A stretch of 64,000 nt of DNA, taken from the NCBI GenBank assembly GCA_039589195.1, contig JBDHHV010000002.1, positions 1,126 to 65,125 of the forward strand, given 5' to 3'. Under the pieces are notes generated by a model that worked only from the letters and a program-made list of their open reading frames with translations, did no database searches and was not told the DNA's origin. This document shows, piece by piece, positions 9,224 through 18,316 of this stretch; the first letter of the stretch is position 1; every line of letters starts with the position of its first letter. This DNA comes from Gemmatimonadota bacterium (GTDB lineage: Bacteria; Gemmatimonadota; Gemmatimonadetes; Palauibacterales; Palauibacteraceae). Both the position numbers and the translations under genes were made by a program.

Positions 9224-10372
9224 ATGCGATTCTACACTAACACTGACAACCGTTCATTCAGACGGTTCCTGCCGCTCCTGCTCCTGGGGATCCCCGTCCA
9301 AGGGGTTTCCCAGTCACCGGGTTTTCACGCTCCGGATAGGGATTACTACGTCTACGTAGCGGCCGAGTCCGAGGATCGCGTCGACCTGGTGCGGTACGGG
9401 CCCGCGGGTGCCACACTTGTCGATTCCATCCCGGTCGGTCGATATCCCACGGAGATCGATGGTCCACACGGTCTGGCGATGGGGCCGGACGGCGATCGTT
9501 GGTACGTGACGTTCGCGCACGGGAACCCATTCGGGGTCGTGGTCGCGTACTCCACCTCGAACAATCGACCCGCCGGCAAGGCCGATCTGGGCCTGTTCCC
9601 GGCCACCATGCAGGTGACGCCGGCCGGCCTGCTCTTCGCCGTGAACTTCAATCTCCACGGCGACCCGTTGCCCAGCAGCGTGTCGGTCGTCGACGTGGCT
9701 TCGATGACGGAGATCGCCCGCATCCCCACGTGCGCCCGGCCGCACGGCTCTCGCCTCACCGCGGATGCGGCGCGGCACTACTCCGTGTGCGTGTTCGACG
9801 AACAGCTCGTGGAGCTGGACGCGCATCGCCTCCAGGTCTCGCGACGAATGCACCTGCTGCCGGGACGCGAGCGGGTGCTGCCGCCCGAAGGCACATCCGA
9901 GGCCCCGGGTATGAACGGCGCCGATGGCCCGCGGTGCTCTCCCACGTGGGCACACCCGAGCCCGGACGGTGGGCGCGTCTACGTGGCGTGCAACAAGAAC
10001 GCGGAGGTGCTCGAGGTCGACACCGAGAGCTGGAGCGTGCTGCGTCGCTTCAGCACCGGACCCGGGCCCTACAACCTGGACATCACTCCCGATGGCCAGC
10101 ACCTCGTGGTCACGTACAAGGGTGGGCAGGCGACCGGGATCTGGCGGTTGGCGGATGGAACCGAGGTGGCACGCGTGGGGAACACGCGCCGTCTGCCACA
10201 CGGGATCGCGATCTCGCCCGACTCGCGCTACGCCTTCGTCTCCGTGGAGGGTGTGGGTGGCGAGCCCGGCACGGTCGACATCATCGATATCGCCGCGGGT
10301 AACCTGGCCGCGAGCGTGGATGTCGGTAAGCAGGCGGGCGGGATCATCTTTTGGAAGGCGGACCCATCATGA
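9224..10372 (+). CDS. Secreted YVTN-family beta-propeller repeat protein. Start reassigned to the ATG preceding the signal peptide.
   Basis: Signal peptide MRFYTNTDNRSFRRFLPLLLLGIPVQGVSQ. Repeated WYVTFAHG / RVYVACNKN / HLVVTYKG / YAFVSVEG beta-propeller blades. The stop overlaps the next start (ATGA). Confidence 0.6.
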   Translation: MRFYTNTDNRSFRRFLPLLLLGIPVQGVSQSPGFHAPDRDYYVYVAAESEDRVDLVRYGPAGATLVDSIPVGRYPTEIDGPHGLAMGPDGDRWYVTFAHGNPFGVVVAYSTSNNRPAGKADLGLFPATMQVTPAGLLFAVNFNLHGDPLPSSVSVVDVASMTEIARIPTCARPHGSRLTADAARHYSVCVFDEQLVELDAHRLQVSRRMHLLPGRERVLPPEGTSEAPGMNGADGPRCSPTWAHPSPDGGRVYVACNKNAEVLEVDTESWSVLRRFSTGPGPYNLDITPDGQHLVVTYKGGQATGIWRLADGTEVARVGNTRRLPHGIAISPDSRYAFVSVEGVGGEPGTVDIIDIAAGNLAASVDVGKQAGGIIFWKADPS

Positions 10373-13035
10373 GGGCGCGCGCCATCTTGATCGGGTGCGC
10401 TGCGATCGCTCTCGCCGCGTGCGGGGAGACGGGAAGCACCCAGCCCGCTTCCCCACCGACCCTGCTCGTCGCGCTCTCCCCGGCGGTGGACACCGTCGTT
10501 ACGGGCGACCTGACCGATCCTCCCATCTCGGTCCGTGTGGAGGACGCGCTCGGGGCGCCGGTGGAGGGGATCCCGGTCCGTTTCGTTCTCTCCGAGGGGG
10601 AGGGCGAGCTCTTCCCGAACCTGGCCGTCTCCGGTCAGGACGGGGTCGCCGAGGCCGCGTTCCAGGCGGCCGGGACACCGGGGTCGATTCAGATCCAGGT
10701 CGATATCCCGAGCGCCGCCAACGTGGCAGCGCTCGATTTCGAGGTCCTGGCGATGGCCGCGGATTCGGTGGAGCTGCGGCTCGTCGAGGGAAACGACCAG
10801 CGAGCCGAGGTCGGCAGTCAGCTCCCGATCCCGTTTGTCGTGCAAGCGTTGTCGGGCGGCGGGGCCCCGGCGGGCGGCATCGCGCTCGCGTGGCGTATTA
10901 GCGGTGGCCCGGGCCAATCCGCGATCCTGACGGCGGACACGACGCTCACCGATTCGAGCGGGCGCGGACAGGTGCTGCTCACCCTCGGTCGCGAGGCGAG
11001 AGAATACCGGGTCGAGGCATTCGCGACTCGTGGCGTACTCTCGGACACGATCCGCTTTACGGCCGTCGCGTCGACGGACTTCGTGGGCACGGTGCGGCTC
11101 GACTCGGTGGCGAGCGTGCCGCTCGTCGCTGGTGATGAGGCGCTCCTCTTCGGGCGCGGGTTCAGCCCGATCCCCTCCGAAAACGACATCCGGATCGAGG
11201 GTGAATCGGCGGAGGTCCTCGAGGCATCGGGTACCTCGCTGCGCATCGTCGTACCCGGGTTCCAGGACCAATGCTGGCCCGCCCGCGATGTCGGGGTGCG
11301 AGTGCTGGTCGCGGGAGACCCGAGCAACGGAGAGATGATCACTCTCCAGCCGATCCAACCCCCCCTCGACCTGGCCGTTGGCGAGGTGCGCACGGTGCGC
11401 GGGCCGGCCGACGTCGCGTGCCTCCAGTTCCCGTCCTCGTCGGCGCCGCGGGAATACCGGGTCGCCATCGGGAGCGCGGGACGGACACCGGCGAGCACGA
11501 GCATGAAGCTGGTCGGTCGATCCTCGACCGAGCTCTCGGCTCGTGGCGTCGCGACGTCCCTGGCGCGACGCGACATCGACGCTACGCTCGCCGACGGCGT
11601 GCGCGGCCGATTGCGGCCGGACGCACGGCTTCGGTCCAGCGCGTTGGAGGACCTGGTCCGGCGGCGCGTCGTCCCCGCCTCGCTGACGACGGCCACCTTC
11701 GGAGGCGTCGCCCCGGCAAGCGGGGATACGCTGCGATTCTTCTTCGCCGCGCAACCCGACCTGACCGCGTCCTGCGAGGACACTACCCGCGTGACGCAGG
11801 CCATCGTGCGCGAGGTCAGACGGCATGTCGTGCTCGCCGAGGATGCTCGTGCGCCGGCGGACGGATTCACCCGGGAGGACTTGACCTTCCTCGCCGATGA
11901 GCTCGACGGGGTCGGTATCCCGACCGACACGGCCTACTTCGGCGGTTTCGCCGACCTCGATGCGAACGACCGCATCATCGTGTTGCTGACACCGGAGGTG
12001 AACCGGCTCTCTTCACCGGGTGATGGGGGAATCGGTGGGTTCTTCCTGCCGCTCGACCTGGCGGCTTCGGGGCGCGGAGGCGGCGACGCCCGACCGCAGG
12101 GGGAGGTGTGCGCAGCCAGCAATGAGGGCGAGATCGTCTACGTAGCGGTACCCGACCCGGAGGCCGAATTCGGGATCACGCTGAATCGCGAGCAGGCGCT
12201 GGCGAACGTCCGCGGTACGGTCGCGCACGAGCTCCAACATCTCATCAACGCGGAGCGACGCGTCTTCGCCGCCGGGGGCGGGTTCGGAGCGACCGAGGAT
12301 GTGTGGCTCGACGAGGCCCTGTCCGCGATCGCCGAGGAGGTCGTGGGCCTCCGGGCGCTGGAGCTGGGGGAGCGTGGCGATTACACGTTCGATCAGGTGA
12401 CACCGACCCGAGAGGCCTCAGACATCTTCGACGCGTACCAGCTGAACAACTTCTTCAATCTGAGCCTGTTCTTGTCCGATCCGGCCGTTGCCCCGACGCT
12501 GGCGAGCGTGGATCCGGGCGGCGTCGAGGGACGCCAGATGCGCGGGTTCGGTTGGCTCATGCTCCGGTGGCTCGGGGATCAGGCCGGTGGCGATCCGGGC
12601 GCGCTTTTCCGATCTCTGGCGGCGGGCGGCCGGAATCGCGACCGCGGCATCCAGAACGTCGAGCGGGCCACGGGTCGTGACTGGGAGGACCTGCTCGCGG
12701 ACTTCTCAGCGTCGATCGCGGCGGATGACGCGGGCGTGGATGAGCTCGGAGATCGGTATCGGATCCTCACGTGGCAGTTCCGCGACGTGTTCTCGGCTCT
12801 CAGCCAGAATCCCGCCGCGCGCTCGAGCTTCCCCGTGCCCTTCCCGCTGTCCGCCACGGCCCTCGGGTTTGAAACCACAGCCCTCGAGTTTCACGTAGGG
12901 GCTTCGACGGTGCGATACTTCGCGCTCGTGTCGGGGCTCGACTCGCCGGCCCTGGCGCTGAGCCTCACGAGACCGAACGGGAACACCCTGAACCAGGCGG
13001 TACGGCCACAGGTCACGGTGGTGAGGACCCGCTAA
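10369..13035 (+). CDS. Surface lipoprotein with N-terminal Ig-like (Big_2/IPT-like) domains and a C-terminal putative gluzincin metalloprotease-like domain
   Basis: Lipobox MRARAILIGCAAIALAACG. Two Ig-like repeats and an IPT/TIG-like segment. HELQHL (HExxH) followed by DEALSAIAEE, a possible third ligand. Confidence 0.55.
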   Translation: MRARAILIGCAAIALAACGETGSTQPASPPTLLVALSPAVDTVVTGDLTDPPISVRVEDALGAPVEGIPVRFVLSEGEGELFPNLAVSGQDGVAEAAFQAAGTPGSIQIQVDIPSAANVAALDFEVLAMAADSVELRLVEGNDQRAEVGSQLPIPFVVQALSGGGAPAGGIALAWRISGGPGQSAILTADTTLTDSSGRGQVLLTLGREAREYRVEAFATRGVLSDTIRFTAVASTDFVGTVRLDSVASVPLVAGDEALLFGRGFSPIPSENDIRIEGESAEVLEASGTSLRIVVPGFQDQCWPARDVGVRVLVAGDPSNGEMITLQPIQPPLDLAVGEVRTVRGPADVACLQFPSSSAPREYRVAIGSAGRTPASTSMKLVGRSSTELSARGVATSLARRDIDATLADGVRGRLRPDARLRSSALEDLVRRRVVPASLTTATFGGVAPASGDTLRFFFAAQPDLTASCEDTTRVTQAIVREVRRHVVLAEDARAPADGFTREDLTFLADELDGVGIPTDTAYFGGFADLDANDRIIVLLTPEVNRLSSPGDGGIGGFFLPLDLAASGRGGGDARPQGEVCAASNEGEIVYVAVPDPEAEFGITLNREQALANVRGTVAHELQHLINAERRVFAAGGGFGATEDVWLDEALSAIAEEVVGLRALELGERGDYTFDQVTPTREASDIFDAYQLNNFFNLSLFLSDPAVAPTLASVDPGGVEGRQMRGFGWLMLRWLGDQAGGDPGALFRSLAAGGRNRDRGIQNVERATGRDWEDLLADFSASIAADDAGVDELGDRYRILTWQFRDVFSALSQNPAARSSFPVPFPLSATALGFETTALEFHVGASTVRYFALVSGLDSPALALSLTRPNGNTLNQAVRPQVTVVRTR

Positions 13036-13075
13036 CCCGTCGTGCGGACCCGACAATCCAGAGGAATACAAGAGG

Positions 13076-13756
13076 ATGATCCAACGCTACAGCCGTACAC
13101 GCTGGGCGAGGGGAGCGACCTTCGGGCTCGCCCTGACCCTATGGCTCGCCGGGCCGGGGGCGGCCCAGATGGCGGACGAAGCGGACGAGAGAATTGCCGA
13201 GCCGACCGGCTTCGAGATCGGGGCCTTCGTGGGCTGGGTCTCCCCGCTGTCGAACCTGACCGAGGACCCCGACGCGCCGTTCGCTACCGTGGTGAACCCG
13301 TATGTGTCGTTCGGGGCCGAGGCGGTGTACTGGCTGAGCCCGAGGTTCGGGATCGGGGCTTTCGGCCTGTTCGCGCCTTCCGAGCTTCGGGCCACCCAGC
13401 TCGTGGATCCGATGACGCCCGCCGACCTGGGAGACGCGAACTACATCACAGCGGTCGCGAACGTCGTGTATCAGGTCCCCGTCTCGGGCACGGCGACCCT
13501 GGTTCGGCCCTACTTCGCGCTCGGCGCCGGCATCCGCCACCTGGATCTGGACGAGACACAGGCCACGGAGGCCACATCCTCGACCGACCCGGTGGGGACG
13601 CTGGCCGCCGGCGTCCGGATCCCGTTCTCGGCGGGCATCTCGCTGTGGACCGAGTTGCGCGACATCGCCTCCTACTACGAATCGCCCATTACCGGCGACT
13701 CGAGGCTCCAGAACGATATCGCCATCACCATCGGGGTGGGAACTCGCATTCGTTAG
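13076..13756 (+). CDS. Outer-membrane beta-barrel protein (OmpA-like/porin-family barrel)
   Basis: Signal peptide ending AAQ. Alternating amphipathic beta-strands. Aromatic C-terminus GVGTRIR. Good SD AGAGGA before the ATG. Confidence 0.6.
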   Translation: MIQRYSRTRWARGATFGLALTLWLAGPGAAQMADEADERIAEPTGFEIGAFVGWVSPLSNLTEDPDAPFATVVNPYVSFGAEAVYWLSPRFGIGAFGLFAPSELRATQLVDPMTPADLGDANYITAVANVVYQVPVSGTATLVRPYFALGAGIRHLDLDETQATEATSSTDPVGTLAAGVRIPFSAGISLWTELRDIASYYESPITGDSRLQNDIAITIGVGTRIR

Positions 13757-13801
13757 CGCTCGGCCGGCCCTAGCGGCGAAAAGACCCGACCCGCGAAAAG
13801 A

Positions 13802-13832
13802 AGAGGGCGGCCACTCCGGCCGCCCTCTTTGT
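13802..13832. terminator. Bidirectional intrinsic terminator for the plus OMP gene and the minus PilX-like gene
   Basis: Perfect 11-bp stem AGAGGGCGGCC / GGCCGCCCTCT with a ~5-nt loop. TTTGTG follows on plus; TCTTCTTTTCGC follows on minus. Confidence 0.65.
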
Positions 13833-13874
13833 GCGTTGTGGCTAGAAGGCCCTCAAGCGCGTTGTGGCTAGAAG
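13833..13874. repeat. Perfect 17-nt direct repeat GCGTTGTGGCTAGAAGG x2 (13833-13849 and 13858-13874)
   Basis: The second copy contains the stop codon and last codons of the minus PilX-like gene. The first copy lies in the 3' UTR next to the terminator. Confidence 0.8.
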
Positions 13875-14968
13875 GTCTCGCGCCAGGTGCTGGGCTCCTC
13901 GACCGGCCACCCGATCCCCTTGAGGGCATTGAGCACGTTGCAGGAGTGGTAATTGATCGACCACGTCCCGTTCCCGAGATCCACCGGCTGCGGGATCACC
14001 CCGAGGTCCAGGTTGAGACCGGCCACGACCGCTCCGTCGATGTCCTGGCTCCCGTTCGAGACGAACTCGTTCCCGACCAGGATCACCCCTTCCCAGCGGA
14101 AGTCACCGTTGAAGATCGCGGTGCCCTCGAAGATCAACGTCCCACGCCCGCTGAACGCGTCATCGACGGCAAAGCTGGGGCTGTCGATGAAGATCATCGG
14201 CCACTCGTCCGTGTCGACATCGGTCACGAAGGACGGATACCCGTCCTGGGAGACGGTATAGTCGGCCTCCGCGAAGCTCCCGTCCAGGATCGACTGCCAG
14301 TTGATCCCGAGGCTGGTCAGTAACTGCGTGTCGGTTGACGTGCTGTCGATGCCGGGGTTTCCGTCGAAGCCGGCCCCCCAGACGTTGGCGCCCTTGCCGG
14401 CGCTGGGCTGGGTGAAGCCGGCCGGTGGCACCTCGAGACCGGCCACGTTCTCGGACTGGGCGACGGGACAGCTGTTGGCGGGCGCGGCGTCGTCGCCGTC
14501 CACGGTCCCAGCGGTCCCGTTCTTGATGAGCCCCCCGATCGCCGTGACCGCCGCGTTCACCGAGATGGCCGCCGCCTTGTGGAGCACGATCGAGCTCGCC
14601 CGGCGATTCGCCTGCCCACCCTCCGGAGAGGTGTGCAACGCGACGGTGTTCAGCCGGTACAGCGTCGAGGAATCATCCACCGCCAGCAGCGTGTCCACCC
14701 ACACCCGGGCGGTCCCGTCCATGTAGCTGTACGTGACCGTATCGTCGCGGAGCTTGCCGCGCCCCATGTAATGGGAGCGGGCGGCGTCCGCCACGTAGAA
14801 CGCTTTCATGCTCGCGCGGTGGTTCTGATTGATCCGGTAGTCCGTATTGGATCTCAGGTAGCCTGCCGTCGCGAGCGCCGACAGACCCAACAGGGCCAAG
14901 AGTACGAGCGCGAGCGCGAAGCCTCCCTGCGCGCGATCGGGCATGCCATGAACCGTAGAGCTCCTCAT
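13868..14968 (-). CDS. PilX_N-like domain protein (putative type IV pilus/pseudopilus-associated), paralog 1. Start reassigned to the ATG at 14968.
   Basis: N-terminus has a hydrophobic helix GFALALVLLALLGLSALATAG, then YLRSNTDYRINQNHRASMKAFYVADAA. This matches the PilX N-terminal pattern (TM helix, then N..A..AAEAG-like). GGGAGG Shine-Dalgarno 6 nt upstream. Confidence 0.5.
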   Translation of the reverse strand: MRSSTVHGMPDRAQGGFALALVLLALLGLSALATAGYLRSNTDYRINQNHRASMKAFYVADAARSHYMGRGKLRDDTVTYSYMDGTARVWVDTLLAVDDSSTLYRLNTVALHTSPEGGQANRRASSIVLHKAAAISVNAAVTAIGGLIKNGTAGTVDGDDAAPANSCPVAQSENVAGLEVPPAGFTQPSAGKGANVWGAGFDGNPGIDSTSTDTQLLTSLGINWQSILDGSFAEADYTVSQDGYPSFVTDVDTDEWPMIFIDSPSFAVDDAFSGRGTLIFEGTAIFNGDFRWEGVILVGNEFVSNGSQDIDGAVVAGLNLDLGVIPQPVDLGNGTWSINYHSCNVLNALKGIGWPVEEPSTWRETF

Positions 14969-15295
14969 TGTCCGCCTCCCACAGTGTGCGTCGACGACGA
15001 GTAAGGGCAAGGCCGGTTCCTGATTGGTGAACCCATCGTAACCGGTTGTCTTGTAGAGCGTTAGGTGGTTTCGCGACTGCATGGTGTTGCACAATTTCGT
15101 CAGCCCCGGGGTTGCAACTTGCAAGCAACCCGCGCAGCGCCATCTCCCGGGCCCGGCGCCGGTCGGGTCAGGTCAGTGGGTCGGGGGGATTCGGGTGCGC
15201 TTGAAGGCGTCGGGAGGGGCGGTCGGCTAGTGCCGGTCGATCGCAAACCGGTCTTTCGCTCCTCGCGGCACTGCCCCGGGCTCGAGGTCGGCACC

Positions 15296-16462
15296 CTATA
15301 TCACTTCGAGCCAGGTTCCCGGCTCCTCGACCGGCCAACCGATCGCACCGAGCGCGTTCAACACGTTGCACGAGTGGTACGCGTAGAGCCAGGTGCCGTT
15401 GCCCAGATCCGTCTGTCCGGCGCTACCGCCCAGCAGGAGGTTCAGACCCGTGATCACGGCGCCTTCGACCGTTTCCACGCCGTTGCTGGTCAGCGTGCCC
15501 CCCACGAGGATCAAGCCATCCCAGTCGAAGTTCCCGTTGATGTCCAGATCACCCATCACGGCCAGGGTCCCGCGCCCGCTGTGACCTGGGCCGGCTGCGA
15601 AGTCCGAGTAGTCGGCGACGATCAGCGGCCACTCGTCCGTGTCCACATCGGTCGCGAAGTCGGGGTACCCATCCTGCGAGACCAGGTAGTCGGCCTGCGC
15701 GAAGCTTCCGTCCAGGATGCCCTGCCAGTCGATCCCCGTGTCGAGCAGGAGCTGCAGGGCGGTTTGCGTACTGTCGATCGCGGGATTGCCATCGACACCC
15801 GGAGGCCACGGACCGCCACCCCCTCCCACACCTCCACCGGCCATCGTGAACGTGCTCTGGGGTAGCGCGATACCGGCCACGTCCTCGCTTCCCGCGACCG
15901 AGCACGAGCCGGGTGTCGCCGCGTCGTGACCATCCACGTTCCCCGCCACCCCGTTCTTCAGCAGCCCGGGCGGAGAGGTGATGGCCGCGTTGACGGAGAA
16001 CCCGGCCACCTTGTGCAACAGAATCGAATTCACGCGCCGCGCCGCCTGGCCACCCTCCGGTGAGTCGTGCGACCCGACCGTGTGGAGCCGGTAGAGCGTC
16101 GACGAATCATCCACGGCCAGCAGCGTGTCCAACCACACCTGGCCCGTTCCATCCACGTAGTTGTACGTAAGCGTGTCGGTGTGAACGCGCCCTCGTCCCA
16201 TAAACTGGGATCGGGCCGCATCGGCCACGTAGAACGCCTTCACGCTGGCGCGGTGATTCTGGTTGATGCGATAGTCCGTGTTCGAGCGCAGATACCCGGC
16301 CGTCGCGATCGCGGTCAGCGCGATCAGCGCGAGGAGTACCGCGCCGAGCGCGAAGCCCGCCTCACCCGGCCCGACCTCTCGGCGCCTGAAGGGGTCCCGG
16401 GTCGGCACGCCGAGCCGGGGCTGCTCCGACTGTCCATGGGGGAAACGTATCAATCCACGCAT
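15296..16462 (-). CDS. PilX_N-like domain protein, paralog 2. Start reassigned; the track ORF 15296..17488 N-terminal extension is spurious.
   Basis: Same architecture as paralog 1 (~65% identity), e.g. GFALGAVLLALIALTAIATAGYLRSNTDYRINQNHRASVKAFYVADAA. ATG preceded by GGAGAG. The longer ORF would overlap the real DUF819 gene on the plus strand. Confidence 0.5.
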   Translation of the reverse strand: MRGLIRFPHGQSEQPRLGVPTRDPFRRREVGPGEAGFALGAVLLALIALTAIATAGYLRSNTDYRINQNHRASVKAFYVADAARSQFMGRGRVHTDTLTYNYVDGTGQVWLDTLLAVDDSSTLYRLHTVGSHDSPEGGQAARRVNSILLHKVAGFSVNAAITSPPGLLKNGVAGNVDGHDAATPGSCSVAGSEDVAGIALPQSTFTMAGGGVGGGGGPWPPGVDGNPAIDSTQTALQLLLDTGIDWQGILDGSFAQADYLVSQDGYPDFATDVDTDEWPLIVADYSDFAAGPGHSGRGTLAVMGDLDINGNFDWDGLILVGGTLTSNGVETVEGAVITGLNLLLGGSAGQTDLGNGTWLYAYHSCNVLNALGAIGWPVEEPGTWLEVI

Positions 16463-16709
16463 ACCGGCAACTCTCCAAGAAGTCATGACTCCGGACGTCG
16501 CGCCTCTGGAGGGCAAGCCCGGTGCCCTATACATCGGCACTCGGTTCTTCACCGTAAGCCGTTGGCGCGATTGCACTTTCCGCAACGATTGACATTCGTG
16601 CACACCGCAGGGACTACCAGGTGCGTGTGCAAAGAATGACGAAACGGCAAGGACGATCAGGGATCCTGGCCGGCTCGGTCTGCCGTCGCGCGCTTCGGCG
16701 GAAGCCGGA

Positions 16710-17879
16710 ATGATCACCGATCCGTTGGGCCTGGCCACCGTCATTGCAGTCGTCACCGCGCTCGGGCTGTGGCTCGATCGACAGTTTTCCTGGGCCGCCA
16801 AGGTCAGCTCGGCGCTGCTCGTCCTCGCGTTCGGCGCGGTGCTCTCCAACCTCGGAGTCGTCCCGGCGGCCTCGCCCGTGTACGACGGGATATTCGGCCC
16901 GGTCACCTCGCTCGCGATCGCGTGGCTCCTGTTCGGGGTTCGCCTCGGAGACCTGCGCGCTGCGGGGCCGCGCATGTTGGGGGCGTTCGGTCTGGCCACC
17001 CTGGGGACGGCGGTGGGGGCGCTGATTGCCGCGCTCCTGTTCGCGGGCGCGTTCGACGGCGATGTATGGCGGCTCGCGGGCGTGCTCACCGGTACGTATT
17101 CGGGTGGAAGCATCAACTTCGTGTCGGTCGGGCGGGCGGTGGAGCTACCGACCTCGCTCTTCTCGGCGGCCGCCGCGGCCGACGCTCTTGTCACGGGGAT
17201 CTGGATGGGCGCAACGCTGCTGCTTCCGCTTTGGCTCGGGAAGCGCTTTCGGCCCATCCCGGGCCGTGAGCGGCCCGACGACCCCGGCGCGCGCGGCGGT
17301 CCGTCCGGGGAGCGAGCCGGGAATCCCGGAGCGCCAAGCTCACCGCTCGCGGGCGCCGACCTCAGGATCACGGACCTGGCGATCTTGATGGCGCTCGGTT
17401 TCCTGATCCTCGAGACCTCCGCAGGCTTGCATGCCCTGGTCCCTGCGATTCCCGTGATCCTCTGGCTCACCACACTCTCACTCGCCATCGCGCAGCTCCC
17501 GGCCGTCCGATCGCTACACGGTGCGCTCCCACTCGGCTATCTCGCACTCCACCTGTTCTTCGTCGTGATCGGGATCGGATCGCGGGTGGATGAGATCCTC
17601 CGGGTGGGACCCGAGGTGTTTTACATCACGGCGCTGGTGGTTCTCATTCACGGCCTCGTGGTCTACGGAGGCGCCTGGCTGGCGCGACTGGATATCGGCA
17701 CTACGTCGGTCGCCTCGCAGGCGGCGGTGGGTGGCCCGTTGAGCGCGGTAGCCCTGGCCATGGCGCGCGGATGGCCCCGCCTCGCACTCCCCGGAGTCGC
17801 GGTCGGTCTTCTCGGTTATGCGGTCGGGACCTACGTCGGTCTTGGGGTGGCGTGGCTCACGCGCGCCCTCATCGGATGA
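16710..17879 (+). CDS. DUF819 family integral membrane protein (YjcL-like)
   Basis: ~11 TM helices. Conserved N-terminus MITDPLGLATVIAVVTALGLWLDRQ...SALLVLAFGAVLSNLGVVP typical of DUF819. Confidence 0.7.
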   Translation: MITDPLGLATVIAVVTALGLWLDRQFSWAAKVSSALLVLAFGAVLSNLGVVPAASPVYDGIFGPVTSLAIAWLLFGVRLGDLRAAGPRMLGAFGLATLGTAVGALIAALLFAGAFDGDVWRLAGVLTGTYSGGSINFVSVGRAVELPTSLFSAAAAADALVTGIWMGATLLLPLWLGKRFRPIPGRERPDDPGARGGPSGERAGNPGAPSSPLAGADLRITDLAILMALGFLILETSAGLHALVPAIPVILWLTTLSLAIAQLPAVRSLHGALPLGYLALHLFFVVIGIGSRVDEILRVGPEVFYITALVVLIHGLVVYGGAWLARLDIGTTSVASQAAVGGPLSAVALAMARGWPRLALPGVAVGLLGYAVGTYVGLGVAWLTRALIG

Positions 17880-18248
17880 CGCGGAGTTTCCGCCCGACAG
17901 CTCCACTTTCCGTGGGCTTCCCGAATTTCTGCCAGTGAGAGTATATAGCAGTGGCACGACAGTTCCTTCGCGACCCCTCTCCGAGCACGGCCCCTCGAAA
18001 CAGTGGCGCACCGAGTCGCGATGCTCTTTCGTCTCTGGTCCACGTCCCCGACGGCCGACCAGAACCCGAACCCGCCGTCCCCGATGGCCAACACCGGTGC
18101 CAGGCGTGATCGCGCTCGTGCGAGGCGCGTATGCCGGCGGCAACTTCGAGAGCGCCAAGAACACGTTGGCCAGCTCCAACGAGCAGGGCTGTCCGCTCTG
18201 GCCGCCCGGAGCACATGCGGGAGGCATCGACCTCCCGCGCACATGGCG

Positions 18249-18285
18249 AAAGAGGCCCGGCAGGATGCCGGACCTCTTTCTTGTT
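18249..18285 (+). terminator. Intrinsic terminator, strongest on the plus strand. Also serves minus gene 18317..22126.
   Basis: AAAGAGGCCCGG-CAGGATG-CCGGACCTC, then TTTCTTGTTGG. 9-bp stem with 1 mismatch, 7-nt loop, U-tract on plus. The minus orientation gives TTTCGCC. Confidence 0.6.
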
Positions 18286-18316
18286 GGTCGAATCTCCAGG
18301 TCGCTTGCTGGTGGGT

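Noticed and set aside
14969-15130. Sigma-54 (-24/-12, TGGCAC-N5-TTGCA) promoter upstream of PilX-like paralog 1
   Set aside because: TTGCA elements are present, but no GG dinucleotide at the required 10-nt spacing and no TGGCAC half-site. Left as a generic shared motif.
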